The notes below the pieces were generated by a model. That model was not told the DNA's origin. It saw only the letters and a list, made by a program, of their open reading frames with translations, and did no database searches. Of a stretch of 64,000 nucleotides of DNA, positions 46,985 to 59,058 are shown one piece after another. This DNA comes from Sulfolobales archaeon (GTDB taxonomy: Archaea > Thermoproteota > Thermoprotei_A > Sulfolobales > NBVN01), in contig JAWBKW010000002.1 in the NCBI GenBank assembly GCA_038831135.1, forward strand, positions 27,214 to 91,213, in the 5' to 3' direction. Every line of letters begins with the position of its first letter. Within the stretch, counting starts at the first letter, position 1. A program made the translations under genes and the position numbers.

Positions 46985-47819
46985 TGAATTAGCTGACGGT
47001 CTTGCCAAACGATTTAATGTGTTGGAGAAGTACGTAGTAGGTTCTGGATTAGCTATTTCCTTAAGTAGCTATTTTAACGTTTCAATTAAATTAACTTTAT
47101 TAATCCTAACATTAACTTTTACGGTTTCATCAATAATTACTACTCAAATATTCAAGCTGGAACTAGTGAAAGGTACTGCAGCTGTATTAAGCGTAGTCTT
47201 AATAGTGTTTTCTCTATCTATTTTAACTTTCTTAGCCCTTCCCAAAATACTACATGCTAATAGAGGATATAAGTTGGAGGCAAAGTATCCAGCATTCTTA
47301 TATTTTTTCTCTACATTAATGGTTTCCGGTCTTGGCTCTATTAAGGCTTTACTCGAACTCAACAACTTTAGGGAGTTGAACGAGTTTAGGATAGAGCTGG
47401 AACAAATTATTAATGGTCTACATCTTGGTAAAAGTTTAGATGACGTTATAAATTATGTAATAACTATAACACCATGTAGGTCCTTAGCCTCGCTTCTAAC
47501 ATATTTATTAGGTGTTATAAAAAGTGGTCACGACCCTCTACCAATAATTAATTATTTAATAGAGAGTTATTTCGTAACCATTCGTTCAAGGATTGAAGAA
47601 GTTGTTAACTCTATGGGTGTTCTGACGGAGGCATTCATTGCCCTTGCATTAGTGTTCCCGCTAGTTGTTTCGGTTTTATCATCTACTACATCATTAATTC
47701 CTATAGGGGTCTTAAACCCCTACTTACTTCTAATAATTACGGCCTTAGTAATAGTGCCGGCAACATCTTTAACATATTACATATTAATAGATTATATGAT
47801 GAGTAGTGTCAGTATATGA
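46974..47819 (+). CDS. pilus platform membrane protein, single T2SSF domain (TadB/TadC-like, FlaJ N-half equivalent)
   Basis: 281 aa. TM helices plus a cytoplasmic helical domain (AKYPAFLYFFSTLMVSGLGSIKAL...GKSLDDVINYV). Overlaps the ATPase gene by 11 nt. Confidence 0.65.
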   Translation: MFLNELADGLAKRFNVLEKYVVGSGLAISLSSYFNVSIKLTLLILTLTFTVSSIITTQIFKLELVKGTAAVLSVVLIVFSLSILTFLALPKILHANRGYKLEAKYPAFLYFFSTLMVSGLGSIKALLELNNFRELNEFRIELEQIINGLHLGKSLDDVINYVITITPCRSLASLLTYLLGVIKSGHDPLPIINYLIESYFVTIRSRIEEVVNSMGVLTEAFIALALVFPLVVSVLSSTTSLIPIGVLNPYLLLIITALVIVPATSLTYYILIDYMMSSVSI

Positions 47820-48685
47820 CCGCATCTGAGAAGACTAAAATAATAGTGATTATAATCATTTTTTCGAGCTTGTTCTTCGTTCTTATTCAATATCTAGCAG
47901 TGAGTGGTTACGTTAAGTTTTATACGATAGCTTTCCTTAACATTCCCTACGGCTACTCATTCACTACCATGTTGTCGATGTCTTTACTCTTGCTTTATTC
48001 GTTGTTAACTATAGCGACTCTACCGGATATGAGGAAATTTAAATCAGTAGAATCCCAAATAAGTAATTTCATCAGTAATGTCGCAGTATATTTAAAATCC
48101 GGTACTACGCTTTATCAAGCAATATCGTTAGCTAAGCGAGACTTAAGAGGGTACTTTAAAGACGTTGTCGAAAAAATGGATACCATGATTAGCTTAGGTG
48201 CGAGTTTAGACGATGCTATAGATTCTGTGTTGAGAGACTTAGGTCACGAGTATGGGTATACCATTAGAATTCTCTCAGTTGCTATGAGAAGTGGTGGGAA
48301 GTCCGTAGATGTTGTGGAGAAAGCTTCTAACTTACTAAGTTATTTCCAGTCATACAGAGATTATAGGAGGAGAGTCTTTAGGCAGTATTTGTTCTTACTC
48401 GTACTTGTTGTGATAGTATATGATTTTACTGTTGCCTTCATATATTTGATCTTAAATTCGTTAGCAATGACTGAAGCCCTCTTTATCATAAAACCCGATA
48501 CTGAGCTCATCTACACATTGCTTTGTTACATCTCAGTAATAGTCTCCTTAGTCTCAGGTATATCTTATGGTAAGAGTATTGAAGGTAGTGTTGTTAGAGC
48601 CTTTCATTACGTCCTCTTATTCTCGACCTTAAACTTCATATTAATACATATATTACCGATATTTGTAAGCGGATTTCAGTTTTAG
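47816..48685 (+). CDS. pilus platform membrane protein, single T2SSF domain (TadB/TadC-like, FlaJ C-half equivalent)
   Basis: 289 aa. ISNFISNVAVYLKSGTTLYQAISLA...GASLDDAIDSV plus flanking TM helices. Overlaps the previous gene by 4 nt. Confidence 0.65.
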   Translation: MTASEKTKIIVIIIIFSSLFFVLIQYLAVSGYVKFYTIAFLNIPYGYSFTTMLSMSLLLLYSLLTIATLPDMRKFKSVESQISNFISNVAVYLKSGTTLYQAISLAKRDLRGYFKDVVEKMDTMISLGASLDDAIDSVLRDLGHEYGYTIRILSVAMRSGGKSVDVVEKASNLLSYFQSYRDYRRRVFRQYLFLLVLVVIVYDFTVAFIYLILNSLAMTEALFIIKPDTELIYTLLCYISVIVSLVSGISYGKSIEGSVVRAFHYVLLFSTLNFILIHILPIFVSGFQF

Positions 48686-49272
48686 GATGTTTTTTCTTGC
48701 ATAGCTATGCTAAGGCCCTTATCAGTTAATTCATACGAGTGTAAAGGTTTTAATGATGCGTCACTTGATTTGAACATGTTATCGCATTTATGGCATCTAT
48801 ACATGATGTTAGGTGTTGATGTCCTGGAATGACACGTTAAGCATTCGAAGAATGTAGCGTAAATTCTTAATTGTTTTTCATCGCTTATCTCATTACCGCA
48901 TTTCGGACATAATAGATTTCCGCTCTCATTCCTAGGGAATTTGATTTCACTATCTGTATACCCGCAATTTATGTGCTGGATGAGTCTGGATTTCTCGATA
49001 TTCACGCTTGAGCATGAAGGACAAACATATCTAGTGGAAAGAGCTAAGGAACCGCACTTCGGACATGAGACAGCCCTATCAATTATTTTCTTTTTTAACA
49101 GACCTACCTTAACAAGTTCATCAAGTTTAGGGACGTCGACCTCATTAAAACTCGGGTACTCTAATGAGGCAGAAACTTTAACATTAGGTGTTAAGACACC
49201 GACCTTGGCTACTTTATTAAGTATTTCTCGAAGACTCTTAACACTTTCTGACATGGTTACATCACATAACAT
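48682..49272 (-). CDS. multi-zinc-ribbon protein with N-terminal wHTH-like region
   Basis: 196 aa. Four CxxC pairs (CPKCG..CPSC, CPKCG, CLTC..CHKC). Convergent with the pilus operon, overlapping it by 4 nt. Confidence 0.45.
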   Translation of the reverse strand: MLCDVTMSESVKSLREILNKVAKVGVLTPNVKVSASLEYPSFNEVDVPKLDELVKVGLLKKKIIDRAVSCPKCGSLALSTRYVCPSCSSVNIEKSRLIQHINCGYTDSEIKFPRNESGNLLCPKCGNEISDEKQLRIYATFFECLTCHSRTSTPNIMYRCHKCDNMFKSSDASLKPLHSYELTDKGLSIAMQEKTS

Positions 49273-49363
49273 TAATCGAATCGATAATTTTAATATTTCC
49301 TAACAATGGAGTTGCAAGATATCTAACGGACTATATAATATTTTAGATGATAATATTTGAGTG

Positions 49364-49460
<97 letters not shown>

Positions 49461-49670
49461 GTCTACATATTCAGTTATAACTCGGATTTAAAAATACTAA
49501 TTTAGTTTAAAGGTCTTTCCCTAGCTTATGTCTCATCTTAAAACATGGGGTCATCTTCATTCATAAATTCTTAAATCGTTAGATGTAAAAATTTTTTATC
49601 CTTAAAGCTTAAAATAACTCAGAACATCTACTACTTATGAACCTAATACTTACGTGGAGATGTACACAAG

Positions 49671-49928
49671 ATGAGTGGAAAATCTGTAAAGAAGAGAATT
49701 AACGTATTAGAGCATGAACTAGTGCCTAAGCATGAGGTATTACGGCCTGAGGAGGTTGTTGAGTTGTTGAAAAATCTCGGTATTAGGCCTGAGCAGCTAC
49801 CGTGGATTAGGGCTTCAGATCCTGTAGCTAGGGAATTAGGAGTTAAGCCTGGAGATATTGTCAGGATTATTAGGAAGTCACCAACTGCTGGGGAATCTAT
49901 AGCTTATAGATTTGTAGTTAGTGGGTAA
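49671..49928 (+). CDS. rpoH: RNA polymerase subunit H (Rpo5)
   Basis: 85 aa. [10 protein letters not shown]...[12 protein letters not shown]...[14 protein letters not shown]. Confidence 0.9.
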   Translation: MSGKSVKKRINVLEHELVPKHEVLRPEEVVELLKNLGIRPEQLPWIRASDPVARELGVKPGDIVRIIRKSPTAGESIAYRFVVSG

Positions 49929-49963
49929 GGGGTGGGAAAATAACGAACGAAGATCTATGGGTT

Positions 49964-52900
49964 TTGATGGAATCGTTCATTAATGAGAAAGGTTTAGTTA
50001 GGCAGCATCTAGACTCTTTTAATTCTTTCATACTAAAAGGTATTAAGGAAATAATTAAGGAGAATAACGTTATACCTACTTCAGACCCTAACGTATACGT
50101 AGTTATAAAGGATATAGAAGTTGGAGAACCCCAATTTAGGGAAGTTGAAGGTACATTAGTTGAGGTCTCACCGACTTTATGTAGGATTAGGAACCTAACA
50201 TATTCAGCCCCTATGTACTTAACTATGAGTTTAGTTGAGAACGGGATTGAAGTATCTGTTCAGAACGTATTTATTGGCGATATACCGGTAATGGTTAAGT
50301 CAGTTAAAGATCCTCTCTCAAGGAAAAGTAAAGAAGAACTTATAAAGCTTGGTGAGGATTGGAGAGACCCGGGAGGATACTTCATAATAAATGGTTCTGA
50401 AAAAGTTATAGTGACTCAGGAAGATTTAGCACCGAATAGGGTTTTCGTGGACTTCGCTAAGGAAGGAACAAACATTACGCACACCGCTAAAGTTATTTCA
50501 TCAGCTGCTGGTTATAGAGTCCCCATAATATTAGATAGGTTAAAAGATTCGACTTTAGTCTTGAACTTCCCACCAATTCCGGGGAAGATACCCTTCGTTA
50601 TAATGATGAGGGCTTTAGGATTAGAGAGTGATAGGGATATAATGTTTGCGGTCTCCTTAGACCCAGAGATTCAGAAGGAGTTAATACCTTCCATAATTCA
50701 AGCATCTGAGGTCACTACCGTTGAAGACGCCTTAGATTACATAGGTTCTAGGGTTGCTATTGGTCAAGCCAGAGATGCTAGGATAGAGAGAGCCAGACAA
50801 ATAATAGATACGTACTTCCTACGTCACTTAGGTGGTTCAACACCTGAATCAAGGCTTAAGAAGGCACTCTACTTAGGTTATATGGCGAATAAGTTATTAG
50901 AGTTGGTTTTAGGGAGGAGGGAACCGGACGATAAAGATCATTACGCCAATAGAAGATTGAGGTTGGCGGGCGATTTACTAGCGCAATTGTTTAGGGTGGC
51001 GTTCAGGCAATTCCTTAAGGATTTCAAATACCAGTTAGAGAAGGCTAGAGTTAAGGGTAGAAGAATAAACCTAGCCGCCTTAGTAAGGCCGGACCTAATC
51101 ACTGAAAGGATTAAGCAGGCATTAGCTACTGGTAACTGGGTTGGCGGCAGAACAGGAGTTAGTCAGATAATCGATAGAACTAACTGGATCTCACTTCATA
51201 GCCATCTAAGGAGGGTGGTAGCCCCCTTAAGTAGGGGGCAACCTCATTTCGAGGCCAGAGACCTGCACCCAACTCAGTGGGGTAGGATGTGTCCGTTCGA
51301 AACTCCTGAAGGACCTAACTGTGGACTTGTTAAGAACTTAGCTTTAAGTTCTTATATATCGGTGGGTATTGATGAGGCTGAGGTAGAGAGACTTCTTTAT
51401 AGCTTAGGTGTGATACCAGTGACTAAGATCTATGAAGAGTTGGTGAGTGGGAACCAAGAATTACTGCAAGAAGTGTTAAGCTATACTAAAGTTTTCTTAA
51501 ATGGCACATTAATAGGTTATTACCCATATAATGATGCAAGCGAACTCGTTAATGAGATACGGAGGAGGAGGAGGGCTGGCCTGGTACATCACGAGGTTAA
51601 CGTAGCGTATAAACGTAGTGAACATATTAATGAGGTATACATCAATTGCGACTCTGGAAGGGTTAGAAGACCTCTACTCATAGTTGAGGATGGGAGAATT
51701 AAATTAGACTCTGAAACAATTAATAAGGTTAAGAAAGGGAAACATACGTTCTCGGACTTAGTTAGGCTGGGGTATATAGAGTATTTAGATGCTGAGGAAG
51801 AAGGTAACGCGTATATAGCATTAAACATAAATGATTTGACGGTCGAGCATACGCACTTAGAGTTATGGACCCCATCAATGCTTGGAATAACGGCTGCAAT
51901 TATACCTTATCCGGAACATAACCAGTCTCCTAGGAATTCTTACCAGTCTGCGATGGCTAAGCAGGCAGTAGGTATATACGCAACTAATTTCCAGTTAAGG
52001 TTTGATAGTAGGGGACACTTCCTACATTATCCGCAGAAACCTTTAGTGCAAACGAGGTTTATGGATGTTTTAGGTTATAATGATAGACCTTCCGGACAGA
52101 ACTTCGTGGTGGCTATACTTTCCTATACCGGCTATAACATGGAGGACGCCTTAATAATTAATAAATCATCCATAGAGAGAGGCTTGGCTAGATCTACCTT
52201 CTTCAGAGAATACTCCACGGAAGAGAGAAAATACCTCGGAGGTCAAGAAGACCGTATCGAAGTACCTGACTCAAACGTTAGGGGATATAGAGGAAGGGAT
52301 AACTACTCACTGCTCGATGAAGACGGTATTGTGGCCCCCGAGATTGAGGTCTTAGGGGGACATGCTTTAGTAGGTAAGACATCACCCCCCAGGTTCCTCG
52401 AAGAATATAAGGAATTCGGTATAGCAGGAGGTTCTAGAAGGGATACCTCACTAACCTTAAGATATGGTGAGAAAGGCATAGTAGATTCTGTAGTAATAAC
52501 AGTTAGTGGTGAGGGTAATAAACTGGTTAGAGTTAGGGTAAGAGACCTGAGAATCCCTGAAATAGGCGATAAGTTTGCCTCAAGGCATGGGCAAAAAGGT
52601 GTTATAGGATTAACTGTACCTCAATATGATATGCCATACACTTTCGATGGCATAACTCCAGACCTAATTGTTAATCCCCACGCTCTACCTTCTAGAATGA
52701 CCATCGGCCAATTGATAGAGTCTATAGCCGGTAAGGTAGCTGCATTAAGTGGTAAGTTCGTTGACGGAACACCATTCTATGGTGAGAAGGTCGAAGAACT
52801 CAGTAAGGAGTTAGTAGTTCGTGGGTACCCCATGGATGGTACAGAACCGATGTATGATGGTAGGACGGGTGAACTCATACACACACCTGTATTTATAGGT

Positions 52901-53311
52901 CTCATCTATTATCAGAGATTACATCATATGGTTGCCGATAAAATACATGCAAGGCCGAGGGGACCCGTACAGATACTTACTAGACAACCTACTGAAGGTA
53001 GGGCTAGGGAGGGAGGTTTAAGGTTTGGTGAAATGGAGAGAGATTGTATAATAGGTCATGGAGCTGCAGCACTACTTAGAGAGAGACTTACAGAGAGTTC
53101 TGATAGAGCTGTTGTTTACGTATGTGAGGAGTGCGGTTTAATAGGGTGGTATGATAGGAGGAAAGGCAGATATATGTGCCCCATCCACGGTGAGAAGGGT
53201 AAGTTATATCCAGTAACTATTTCTTACGCCTTTAAGCTCCTGCTTCAGGAGTTGATGAGTATGTTGATCTATCCTAAGATAATTATGGGAAGTAAATATG
53301 AGGTGAAGTAG
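49964..53311 (+). CDS. rpoB: RNA polymerase subunit B (Rpo2), unsplit
   Basis: 1115 aa with all conserved RpoB blocks. The frame is open from 49922, and the conserved EDLWVL lies upstream of the TTG at 49964. Confidence 0.95.
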   Translation: MMESFINEKGLVRQHLDSFNSFILKGIKEIIKENNVIPTSDPNVYVVIKDIEVGEPQFREVEGTLVEVSPTLCRIRNLTYSAPMYLTMSLVENGIEVSVQNVFIGDIPVMVKSVKDPLSRKSKEELIKLGEDWRDPGGYFIINGSEKVIVTQEDLAPNRVFVDFAKEGTNITHTAKVISSAAGYRVPIILDRLKDSTLVLNFPPIPGKIPFVIMMRALGLESDRDIMFAVSLDPEIQKELIPSIIQASEVTTVEDALDYIGSRVAIGQARDARIERARQIIDTYFLRHLGGSTPESRLKKALYLGYMANKLLELVLGRREPDDKDHYANRRLRLAGDLLAQLFRVAFRQFLKDFKYQLEKARVKGRRINLAALVRPDLITERIKQALATGNWVGGRTGVSQIIDRTNWISLHSHLRRVVAPLSRGQPHFEARDLHPTQWGRMCPFETPEGPNCGLVKNLALSSYISVGIDEAEVERLLYSLGVIPVTKIYEELVSGNQELLQEVLSYTKVFLNGTLIGYYPYNDASELVNEIRRRRRAGLVHHEVNVAYKRSEHINEVYINCDSGRVRRPLLIVEDGRIKLDSETINKVKKGKHTFSDLVRLGYIEYLDAEEEGNAYIALNINDLTVEHTHLELWTPSMLGITAAIIPYPEHNQSPRNSYQSAMAKQAVGIYATNFQLRFDSRGHFLHYPQKPLVQTRFMDVLGYNDRPSGQNFVVAILSYTGYNMEDALIINKSSIERGLARSTFFREYSTEERKYLGGQEDRIEVPDSNVRGYRGRDNYSLLDEDGIVAPEIEVLGGHALVGKTSPPRFLEEYKEFGIAGGSRRDTSLTLRYGEKGIVDSVVITVSGEGNKLVRVRVRDLRIPEIGDKFASRHGQKGVIGLTVPQYDMPYTFDGITPDLIVNPHALPSRMTIGQLIESIAGKVAALSGKFVDGTPFYGEKVEELSKELVVRGYPMDGTEPMYDGRTGELIHTPVFIGLIYYQRLHHMVADKIHARPRGPVQILTRQPTEGRAREGGLRFGEMERDCIIGHGAAALLRERLTESSDRAVVYVCEECGLIGWYDRRKGRYMCPIHGEKGKLYPVTISYAFKLLLQELMSMLIYPKIIMGSKYEVK

Positions 53312-53312
53312 G

Positions 53313-55958
53313 ATGAGTGAGGAGAAAATTATTAAGGGAATTAAGTTCGGTATCCTCTCACCTGAAATCATTAGAAAGATATCGGTTACTGCAGTGGTAA
53401 CAGCAGATGTTTATGATGAGGACGGACTCCCATTTGAAGGAGGTATAATGGACCCACGTTTAGGTGTTATTGAACCTGGTCAGAAGTGCGTTACCTGCGG
53501 TAATTCAATAATAGCATGTCCTGGGCACTTCGGTCATCTAGAATTAGCTAAGCCCGTAATTCATGCAGGATTCGTCAAGCATATATACGATATATTAAGA
53601 GCTACATGCAGACACTGCGGTAGGTTGAAGCTCCCTGATGAGGAATTAAATAGATATTTAGACCTGCTTAAGAGGCTTGAAGGTAGATGGCCCATACTTG
53701 CTAGGGGTCTTACAGACTACGTGAAAAGGAAAGCAATGAAGGTTATGGAATGCCCTCACTGCGGCAGCAGGCAGTTCAAGATAAAGTTAGAGAAGCCGAC
53801 ATCATTTATAGAGGAGGGATTCGAAGGACCTAGGAGGCTTTGGCCTACAGACGTTCGTGCTAGATTAGAGATGGTCAACGATAAGGATTTAAGGCTTATT
53901 GGATACAACCCGGAGCTTGCTAGACCTGAATGGATGGTTATTACAGTCCTCCCGATTCCTCCAATAAGTGTTAGACCATCAATTCTTTTAGAGACGGGTA
54001 TTAGGTCCGAAGATGACTTAACCCATAAGCTTGTAGACATTATAAGGACTAATGATAGGTTAAGGGAGAGCATAAATGCTGGGGCCCCCGAAGTAATTGT
54101 AGAGGATTTATGGGACTTACTTCAGTACCACGTCACAACTTACTTCGATAATGAAGTTCCTGGAGTACCTCCTGCTAAACATAGGTCTGGGAGGGCCTTA
54201 AGAACATTGGCTCAGAGACTTAGGGGTAAAGAAGGAAGGTTTAGAGGTAACCTCTCTGGGAAACGTGTAGACTTCTCAGCTAGGACTGTAATCAGTCCCG
54301 ACCCTAATTTAAGCATTAACGAGGTGGGGGTCCCGGAGGAAGTTGCTAAAGTATTGACGGTACCTGAGCGTGTCACGCGTTGGAATATAGATGAGTTAAG
54401 AATGCATGTATTAAACGGTCCCTACAAGCATCCTGGAGCAAACTATGTTATAGATCCTGCTGGGAGGAGAATAGATTTAAGGTATATTAAGGATTTGAAG
54501 GCTGTTGCTGAGAATTTAAAGCCTGGCTACATCGTTGAGAGGCATTTGAAGGATGGCGACATAGTACTCTTCAATAGACAGCCATCATTACATAGAATGT
54601 CAATAATGGCTCATATAGTTAAGGTATTGCCTGGGAGGACTTTTAGGTTACACTTAGCTGTTTGCCCGCCGTACAATGCTGACTTCGATGGTGATGAGAT
54701 GAACCTGCATGTACCCCAAAGTGAGGAAGCTAGGGCGGAAGCTAGGGTATTACTACTTGTTCAAGAACATATATTATCCCCTAGATATGGAGGCCCTATA
54801 ATAGGTGGTATTCAAGACTACATAAGTGGTGCTTATCTACTCTCATCTAAGACTACTTTACTTACTAAGGAACAGGTTTCAGATTTACTAGCAGGCTCCG
54901 GTTATGAAGGACCTATACCGGAGCCGGCGATCCTATCACCGAAGGTTTTATGGAGTGGAAAGCAGATCATAAGTCTATTATTACCTCCGGACTTTAACTT
55001 CAGAGGTAAGGCTAATATATCAGCAGGTCCATTAAGATGTGAAGACTATGAGTGTTTCTGGGACTCCTACGTTGTTGTTAAGATGGGTAAATTACTTATG
55101 GGTGTATTAGATAAGAAGACTTTAGGTTCTCAACAATCTGAGAGTTTACTTCATTGGATTACTAAGGAGTACGGCAACAGTTTCAGTAGAAGGTTCATGG
55201 ATAATATATTCAAGATGTTCTTAAGGTTTATCGAGATGCGTGGATTCACTATGACATTAGGTGATGTCGCACCTCCAGTTAAGGCTGTAGAGGAAATTAA
55301 CGAGATCGTTGAGGAGGCTAAGAGGAAAGTCTTCGAACTCATCGAACAGTATAAGGAGGGTAAGTTGGAGCCTATCCCAGGTAGGACTTTAGAGGAATCA
55401 CTTGAGATTAGGATCATGGAAGTATTAGCTGATGCTAGGGATAATGCAGGTGAAGTAGCTACGCAATATTTAGACCCGTTTAATAATGTATTCATTATGG
55501 CTAGAACAGGTGCTAGGGGAAATATATTAAACATAACACAGATGGCGGCGCTGCTAGGGCAACAATCTGTTAGGGGGGAAAGAATAAGGAGGGGATACGA
55601 TGTTAGGACACTACCACACTTTAAACCCGGTGATATAGGTCCTGAGGCTAGGGGGTTTGTAAGGAATTCATTTGTTAAAGGTCTAACACCTATAGAGGTC
55701 TTCTTCCATGCTGCTGGAGGTCGTGAGGGTCTAGTAGATACGGCGGTTCGCACATCTCAGAGCGGATATATGCAGAGGAGGTTAATCAACGCATTACAGG
55801 ACCTTAGAATAGATTATGACTTAACCGTGAGAACACCTAATAATTCAGTAGTTCAATTCTTATATGGTGATGATGGAGTAGACCCAGGTAAGTCCTCCTA
55901 CGGAAACGCTATCAATATTGATAGAATAATTGAGAGAGTTATCGGGTGGAGGTTGTAG
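53313..55958 (+). CDS. rpoA1: RNA polymerase subunit A' (Rpo1N)
   Basis: 881 aa. Zinc motifs and the [10 protein letters not shown] active site. A GAGGTGA Shine-Dalgarno sequence lies upstream. Confidence 0.95.
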   Translation: MSEEKIIKGIKFGILSPEIIRKISVTAVVTADVYDEDGLPFEGGIMDPRLGVIEPGQKCVTCGNSIIACPGHFGHLELAKPVIHAGFVKHIYDILRATCRHCGRLKLPDEELNRYLDLLKRLEGRWPILARGLTDYVKRKAMKVMECPHCGSRQFKIKLEKPTSFIEEGFEGPRRLWPTDVRARLEMVNDKDLRLIGYNPELARPEWMVITVLPIPPISVRPSILLETGIRSEDDLTHKLVDIIRTNDRLRESINAGAPEVIVEDLWDLLQYHVTTYFDNEVPGVPPAKHRSGRALRTLAQRLRGKEGRFRGNLSGKRVDFSARTVISPDPNLSINEVGVPEEVAKVLTVPERVTRWNIDELRMHVLNGPYKHPGANYVIDPAGRRIDLRYIKDLKAVAENLKPGYIVERHLKDGDIVLFNRQPSLHRMSIMAHIVKVLPGRTFRLHLAVCPPYNADFDGDEMNLHVPQSEEARAEARVLLLVQEHILSPRYGGPIIGGIQDYISGAYLLSSKTTLLTKEQVSDLLAGSGYEGPIPEPAILSPKVLWSGKQIISLLLPPDFNFRGKANISAGPLRCEDYECFWDSYVVVKMGKLLMGVLDKKTLGSQQSESLLHWITKEYGNSFSRRFMDNIFKMFLRFIEMRGFTMTLGDVAPPVKAVEEINEIVEEAKRKVFELIEQYKEGKLEPIPGRTLEESLEIRIMEVLADARDNAGEVATQYLDPFNNVFIMARTGARGNILNITQMAALLGQQSVRGERIRRGYDVRTLPHFKPGDIGPEARGFVRNSFVKGLTPIEVFFHAAGGREGLVDTAVRTSQSGYMQRRLINALQDLRIDYDLTVRTPNNSVVQFLYGDDGVDPGKSSYGNAINIDRIIERVIGWRL

Positions 55959-57142
55959 GTATGGCTGTTAATGAAAGGGAATTACTTGAAGTTCTAGAAC
56001 CTGCTAAGCAGATACTACCACCTAAGATATTTAACGAACTTTACGAGAGGGTGAAAGATCTATCTCTAACTAAGGATGAGTTAATTAAGGTAGTTGAGCT
56101 AACAATTAACGAGTATTTGAACGTATTAGTAGAACCCGGGGAACCTATAGGTACAGTGGCGGCTCAATCTGTTGGCGAGCCTGGCACTCAGATGACTCTA
56201 CGTACATTCCATTACGCTGGTGTTAGGGAGTTAAACGTTACCTTAGGGTTGCCGAGACTCATCGAGTTAGTAGATGCTAGAAAATTGCCTGAAACACCCA
56301 TAATGGTCATATATTTAGATGAGGAACATAGATATGAAAGAGAGAAAGCCTTAGAAGTTGCTAGGAGAATTGAAGCGACAAGACTTGAAAACATAATTGC
56401 TAGAGTTGATATAGATCTAGTCTCATCTACCATGGTTATAGATTTAGACCCCGAGATGATGGAAGATAAAGGTGTAACTACGAACGACGTCGTTAAGGCA
56501 TTAAGTAAGGTTAAGGTAATATCTCAAGGCATAAGTGTTGATGAGAGTGATAGTAATAGGATCTACATTCAGGTACCGACGAGCTACGACTTCATGAAGA
56601 TCCAGAAGTTAAGGGATAGGGTACTAAAGATTAAGTTAAAAGGTATTAAAGGGATTAATAGAGTTATAGTTCAACGGAGGGGCAACGAATACGTGTTAAT
56701 AACTGATGGTACTAACTTAGAAACCGTACTTAAAGTTGATGGTGTGGATGTTAGGAGAGTTTTCACTAACAGTATCTACGAAGTTGAGAACGTGCTTGGT
56801 ATAGAGGCGGCTAGGCAGTCTTTAATTAACGAAATACATAACGTTCTTGAGGAGCAGGGATTAGATGTTGATATGAGGCATGTTATGTTAATTGCAGATA
56901 TGATGACATTAACAGGTTCTGTGAAACAGATCGGTAGACACGGTATAGCAGGTGAGAAAACAAGCGTTCTAGCTAGGGCATCATTCGAGGTTACGGTGAA
57001 ACACTTGTTTGATGCGTCTGCTAGAGGAGAAGTAGATGAGCTTAAAGGCGTTGCAGAAAATGTTATAATAGGGCAATTAGTCCCTATAGGTACAAACCTA
57101 GTCAACCTAACTATGAATCCAACACTAGCTAGACCGAAATGA
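55946..57142 (+). CDS. rpoA2: RNA polymerase subunit A'' (Rpo1C)
   Basis: 398 aa. [17 protein letters not shown] trigger-loop region. The start may be the MAVNE Met at 55961. Confidence 0.95.
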   Translation: MEVVGMAVNERELLEVLEPAKQILPPKIFNELYERVKDLSLTKDELIKVVELTINEYLNVLVEPGEPIGTVAAQSVGEPGTQMTLRTFHYAGVRELNVTLGLPRLIELVDARKLPETPIMVIYLDEEHRYEREKALEVARRIEATRLENIIARVDIDLVSSTMVIDLDPEMMEDKGVTTNDVVKALSKVKVISQGISVDESDSNRIYIQVPTSYDFMKIQKLRDRVLKIKLKGIKGINRVIVQRRGNEYVLITDGTNLETVLKVDGVDVRRVFTNSIYEVENVLGIEAARQSLINEIHNVLEEQGLDVDMRHVMLIADMMTLTGSVKQIGRHGIAGEKTSVLARASFEVTVKHLFDASARGEVDELKGVAENVIIGQLVPIGTNLVNLTMNPTLARPK

Positions 57143-57153
57143 GGTGAAATAGA

Positions 57154-57471
57154 ATGTCATCCGTTTCAAGGGATTTAGAAAATGAAATAAAGAACGTATT
57201 GAAGTCAGGTAAGGCAGTATTAGGAATAAATAACTCTTTGAAGGCATTAATGTTAGGTAAGGCTAAGGCAGTCATAATAGCTGGTAAAATACCGAAAAGT
57301 TATGATGAAGATATTAGGAGGTATGCTAGCCTAAGTAATACACCGATAATAAACTTCCCAGGGAGTAGTAGGGACTTAGGTTTAGTATGTGGTAAGCCTT
57401 TCCCAGTAACAGCCATTGCTATATTAGATCTAGGAAGTAGTAGATTATTAGACCTTTCGCAATCAGGGTGA
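57154..57471 (+). CDS. rpl30e: ribosomal protein L30e (eL30)
   Basis: 105 aa. It holds the canonical position in the rpo operon and has an L7Ae/L30e fold pattern. Confidence 0.85.
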   Translation: MSSVSRDLENEIKNVLKSGKAVLGINNSLKALMLGKAKAVIIAGKIPKSYDEDIRRYASLSNTPIINFPGSSRDLGLVCGKPFPVTAIAILDLGSSRLLDLSQSG

Positions 57472-57477
57472 TGAACG

Positions 57478-57912
57478 TTGCCTGAAGTTAAGATAACTTC
57501 TGAAGAGTTAAGATATATAGCATTACTTCAGGACTTGACCGGTGTTTCAGTAAATGACTGCGTAGTTGATGAAGAAGGTAACTCAATAATATATATAGTT
57601 TCACCAGGTCATGCAGGTCTCGCGGTTGGTAAGGGTGGAGTAAACGTTAAGAGGCTCTCTAAGATTCTAGGTAAGAGAATAGAGATTGTTGAGTATGCGG
57701 ATAACCTTGAAGATCTAGTTCGTAACATCTTCTTACCAGCTAGAGTTTTAGGTACTCGACTCGTAACTTCCTTAAACGGTAAGAAGATATTATACGTTAC
57801 TGTAGACCCTAAGGATAAGGGTATTGCTATAGGTAAGGATGGAAGAAACGTAACTAAAGCTAAGTTAGTTCTGAAGAGGTACTACGACATTGAATCAGTT
57901 AGTATTGTCTAA
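57478..57912 (+). CDS. nusA: NusA-like transcription termination/antitermination factor (two KH domains)
   Basis: 144 aa. Two GxxG KH motifs (VGKGGVNVKRL, IGKDGRNVTKA). TTG start. Confidence 0.85.
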   Translation: MPEVKITSEELRYIALLQDLTGVSVNDCVVDEEGNSIIYIVSPGHAGLAVGKGGVNVKRLSKILGKRIEIVEYADNLEDLVRNIFLPARVLGTRLVTSLNGKKILYVTVDPKDKGIAIGKDGRNVTKAKLVLKRYYDIESVSIV

Positions 57913-57957
57913 AAATCTTTTTAAGACAGTAGTAAGAAGTCCTAAAGGTAGTTAGGA

Positions 57958-58401
57958 ATGCCAGGTAAGAAAGCACCAAGTGGTCTGTACGCAGCTAGGA
58001 AGTTATCGATAAAGAGGCTTAAGTTTAGATGGAGTCAGAGAGAGTTTAGGGTTAGAATGATGAAGATCAAGAAGAAGTACGATCCTTTAGAAGGTTCTCC
58101 AATGGCTAGAGGTATAGTTCTAGAGAAGGTTGGTGTTGAATCGCGTCAGCCGAATTCAGCCCTTAGGAAATGCGTTAGAGTTCAGTTAGTTAAGAATGGT
58201 AAGGTGGTGACGGCATTCGTGCCTTACGACGGTGGTATAACGTTCATCGACGAGCATGATGAGGTTTTAATTGCTGGCATAGGTGGTACCAGAGGTAAAT
58301 CTATGGGTGACTTACCAGGGGTTAGATATAAAGTTGTTGCCGTTAATGGTGTTTCCCTAACTGAGTTATTGAAGGGGAAGAAACAAAAACCGGTTAGGTA
58401 A
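57958..58401 (+). CDS. rps12: ribosomal protein S12 (uS12)
   Basis: 147 aa. [15 protein letters not shown] signature. Confidence 0.95.
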   Translation: MPGKKAPSGLYAARKLSIKRLKFRWSQREFRVRMMKIKKKYDPLEGSPMARGIVLEKVGVESRQPNSALRKCVRVQLVKNGKVVTAFVPYDGGITFIDEHDEVLIAGIGGTRGKSMGDLPGVRYKVVAVNGVSLTELLKGKKQKPVR

Positions 58402-58416
58402 CTGAGCTGATGGGCT

Positions 58417-59016
58417 ATGAGTAACCAATTAGATACAACTGCTTCACCACCGCAACCCCCTCTAGTATTTGGTAAGTGGTCTTACGAAGGAGTAATAGTT
58501 AGAGACCCAAGCCTTAAGAAGTATATATCTTTAAAACCTGTTTACTTGCCGCATACCGGAGGAAGACACGAGCACAGGAGATTCGGTAAGGCTGAGGTAC
58601 CAATCGTTGAGAGATTAATTAATAAGCTCATGAGGCCTGGAAGAAATACTGGTAAGAAGCATCTAGCATACAACATCGTAAAAATGGCATTTGAGTTAGT
58701 CCACTTAAAAACTGGTGAGAATCCCATCCAAGTCCTTGTAAGGGCTATTGAGAACGTAGCGCCACGTGAAGAGACTACTAGAATCATGTATGGTGGTATA
58801 ATTTACCATGTTGCTGTTGACGTATCACCGCAGAGGAGAGTGGATATAGCCTTGAAGAATCTCGTAGATGGAGCTAAGTCCGCCTCCTTCAGGAGTCAGA
58901 AATCTATTGAGGAATGCTTAGCTGATGAGTTAGTGGCAGCAGCTAGTAATGACCCTAAGAGCTACGCAGTTGCTAAGAAGGAGGAAGTGGAGAGAATAGC
59001 GCTTAGCTCAAGGTAA
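58417..59016 (+). CDS. rps7: ribosomal protein S7 (uS7)
   Basis: 199 aa. [18 protein letters not shown] and the S7 core. Confidence 0.95.
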   Translation: MSNQLDTTASPPQPPLVFGKWSYEGVIVRDPSLKKYISLKPVYLPHTGGRHEHRRFGKAEVPIVERLINKLMRPGRNTGKKHLAYNIVKMAFELVHLKTGENPIQVLVRAIENVAPREETTRIMYGGIIYHVAVDVSPQRRVDIALKNLVDGAKSASFRSQKSIEECLADELVAAASNDPKSYAVAKKEEVERIALSSR

Positions 59017-59058
59017 GGAATTTAAAGAGAACCTGACCTTTTATTTAGCTGATAATAG

